A DNA stretch of 14,958 nt from Candidatus Jordarchaeales archaeon. Its GTDB lineage: Archaea > Asgardarchaeota > Jordiarchaeia > Jordiarchaeales > Freyrarchaeaceae. The stretch spans positions 1 to 14,958 of the forward strand of contig JAWCFL010000041.1 of assembly GCA_038858525.1 (NCBI GenBank). The letters are read 5' to 3'. The position numbers and the translations under genes were made by a program. Positions 14,248 to 14,958 of the stretch are shown piece by piece (within the stretch, counting starts at the first letter, position 1; the number at the start of each line of letters is the position of its first letter). A model generated the notes under the pieces. That model saw only the letters and a list, made by a program, of their open reading frames with translations. It did not search any database and had not been told where the DNA came from.

Positions 14248-14958
14248 TTGCGTGCGTCTTTTCTTAGCGAGCAACTCGGTAGGATTAACAGGATCTTGAA
14301 GTCAGGTATTCGCGGCCAGGTTCAGGATTACTCTGAGAAGCTTGGTGTGGCTTCTGAGCTTTACGGTTTTCTCTCCAACCTTATTTGTTCCGAGTTGAGC
14401 TTCGCGAGGGCTCATGAAACCGCGTGCTTGTTCTTCGGGTCTGACATGGTTCGCTTCGCCGCAATAGACGGGACGGAGTACTCCCAGATATTCTTCGACA
14501 TGGTTATCTTTTTTGGTGGGGCATATGCCTCAACGGGGACGGTAGAGTTCCGCGAGGACACGCCTCCAAGTGTGAGTTATGATGACCGAGTGATGCGTGA
14601 AGGATGCGAGATTTCGAGCTGCGTTCCCTTGTTTCTGAACCAGGTTGTTGAGGTTGACCAGACGTTCTTCACAGAGGAGGGAGGCCTCTCAAGGCCCCTT
14701 GCTGACGAGGAGGTCGTTAACAATTCACGCATAGCCAACTGGATCATGACCTTCGCCGAGTTCTACCTGGCATATCTCTTCGCCTCCAGCAGGAACCCCG
14801 ACACGAAGATAATTCTCATGGACCGTTCACTCTCGAACACCCACTCCTCAGTCTTGTATGATACTTCTAGGAGAAGGCTCTGGAAAATGTGCGCCATACT
14901 TGGCTTCGAGGTCGATGGGGTTCCTCTGGACGAGGAGGATCTTATGCTGACGAGGCAC
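14248..14958 (+). CDS. NurA-like nuclease (RNase H fold), 3'-partial; absent from the ORF track
   Basis: 237 open codons from TTG 14248 (GGTGG SD; TTTAAA TATA near 14185) to the window end. FAAIDGT and ILMDRSL match the two acidic NurA motifs (xAxDGS, xLxDGSL). Confidence 0.72.
   Translation, partial: MRASFLSEQLGRINRILKSGIRGQVQDYSEKLGVASELYGFLSNLICSELSFARAHETACLFFGSDMVRFAAIDGTEYSQIFFDMVIFFGGAYASTGTVEFREDTPPSVSYDDRVMREGCEISSCVPLFLNQVVEVDQTFFTEEGGLSRPLADEEVVNNSRIANWIMTFAEFYLAYLFASSRNPDTKIILMDRSLSNTHSSVLYDTSRRRLWKMCAILGFEVDGVPLDEEDLMLTRH

Noticed and set aside
1-14958. CRISPR array, rRNA, tRNA, IS element or integrase
   Set aside because: I saw no regularly spaced repeats, structural-RNA signatures, terminal inverted repeats or recombinase motifs.

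Overview
Archaeal-looking chromosomal window, about 50% GC, with TATA/BRE-like promoters, GGAGG/GGTGG Shine-Dalgarno (SD) sites and many TTG starts. The lineage cannot be fixed from sequence alone. In order: a 5'-truncated ADP-ribosylglycohydrolase (+); then a 9.6-kb minus-strand run of 10 genes, transcribed right to left as two paralogous 2-TM proteins, an Arg-rich-headed membrane protein, two DGC-domain Cys proteins, a GvpD-like KaiC-family ATPase, a double-domain KaiC/RAD55 ATPase, a Zn-dependent dehydrogenase, a 4x[4Fe-4S] ferredoxin subunit and an aldehyde:ferredoxin oxidoreductase; then a [4Fe-4S] protein (+), a small hypothetical (-), about 750 bp without a convincing gene, a decayed UPF0175/DUF3368 (PIN) toxin-antitoxin pair, and a 3'-truncated NurA-like nuclease that the ORF track missed. 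I recognised no rRNA, tRNA, CRISPR array, transposase or integrase. Best leads: the orphan GvpD-like + KaiC ATPase pair next to Cys-rich DGC proteins and an ADH/AOR module; a K-loop-capped hairpin (candidate box H/ACA- or C/D-type sRNA) at 9671-9714; and an SD-led upstream ORF with an in-frame UGA in a C-x-UGA context overlapping the DGC operon start. All family calls come from motif recognition by eye, not database searches.
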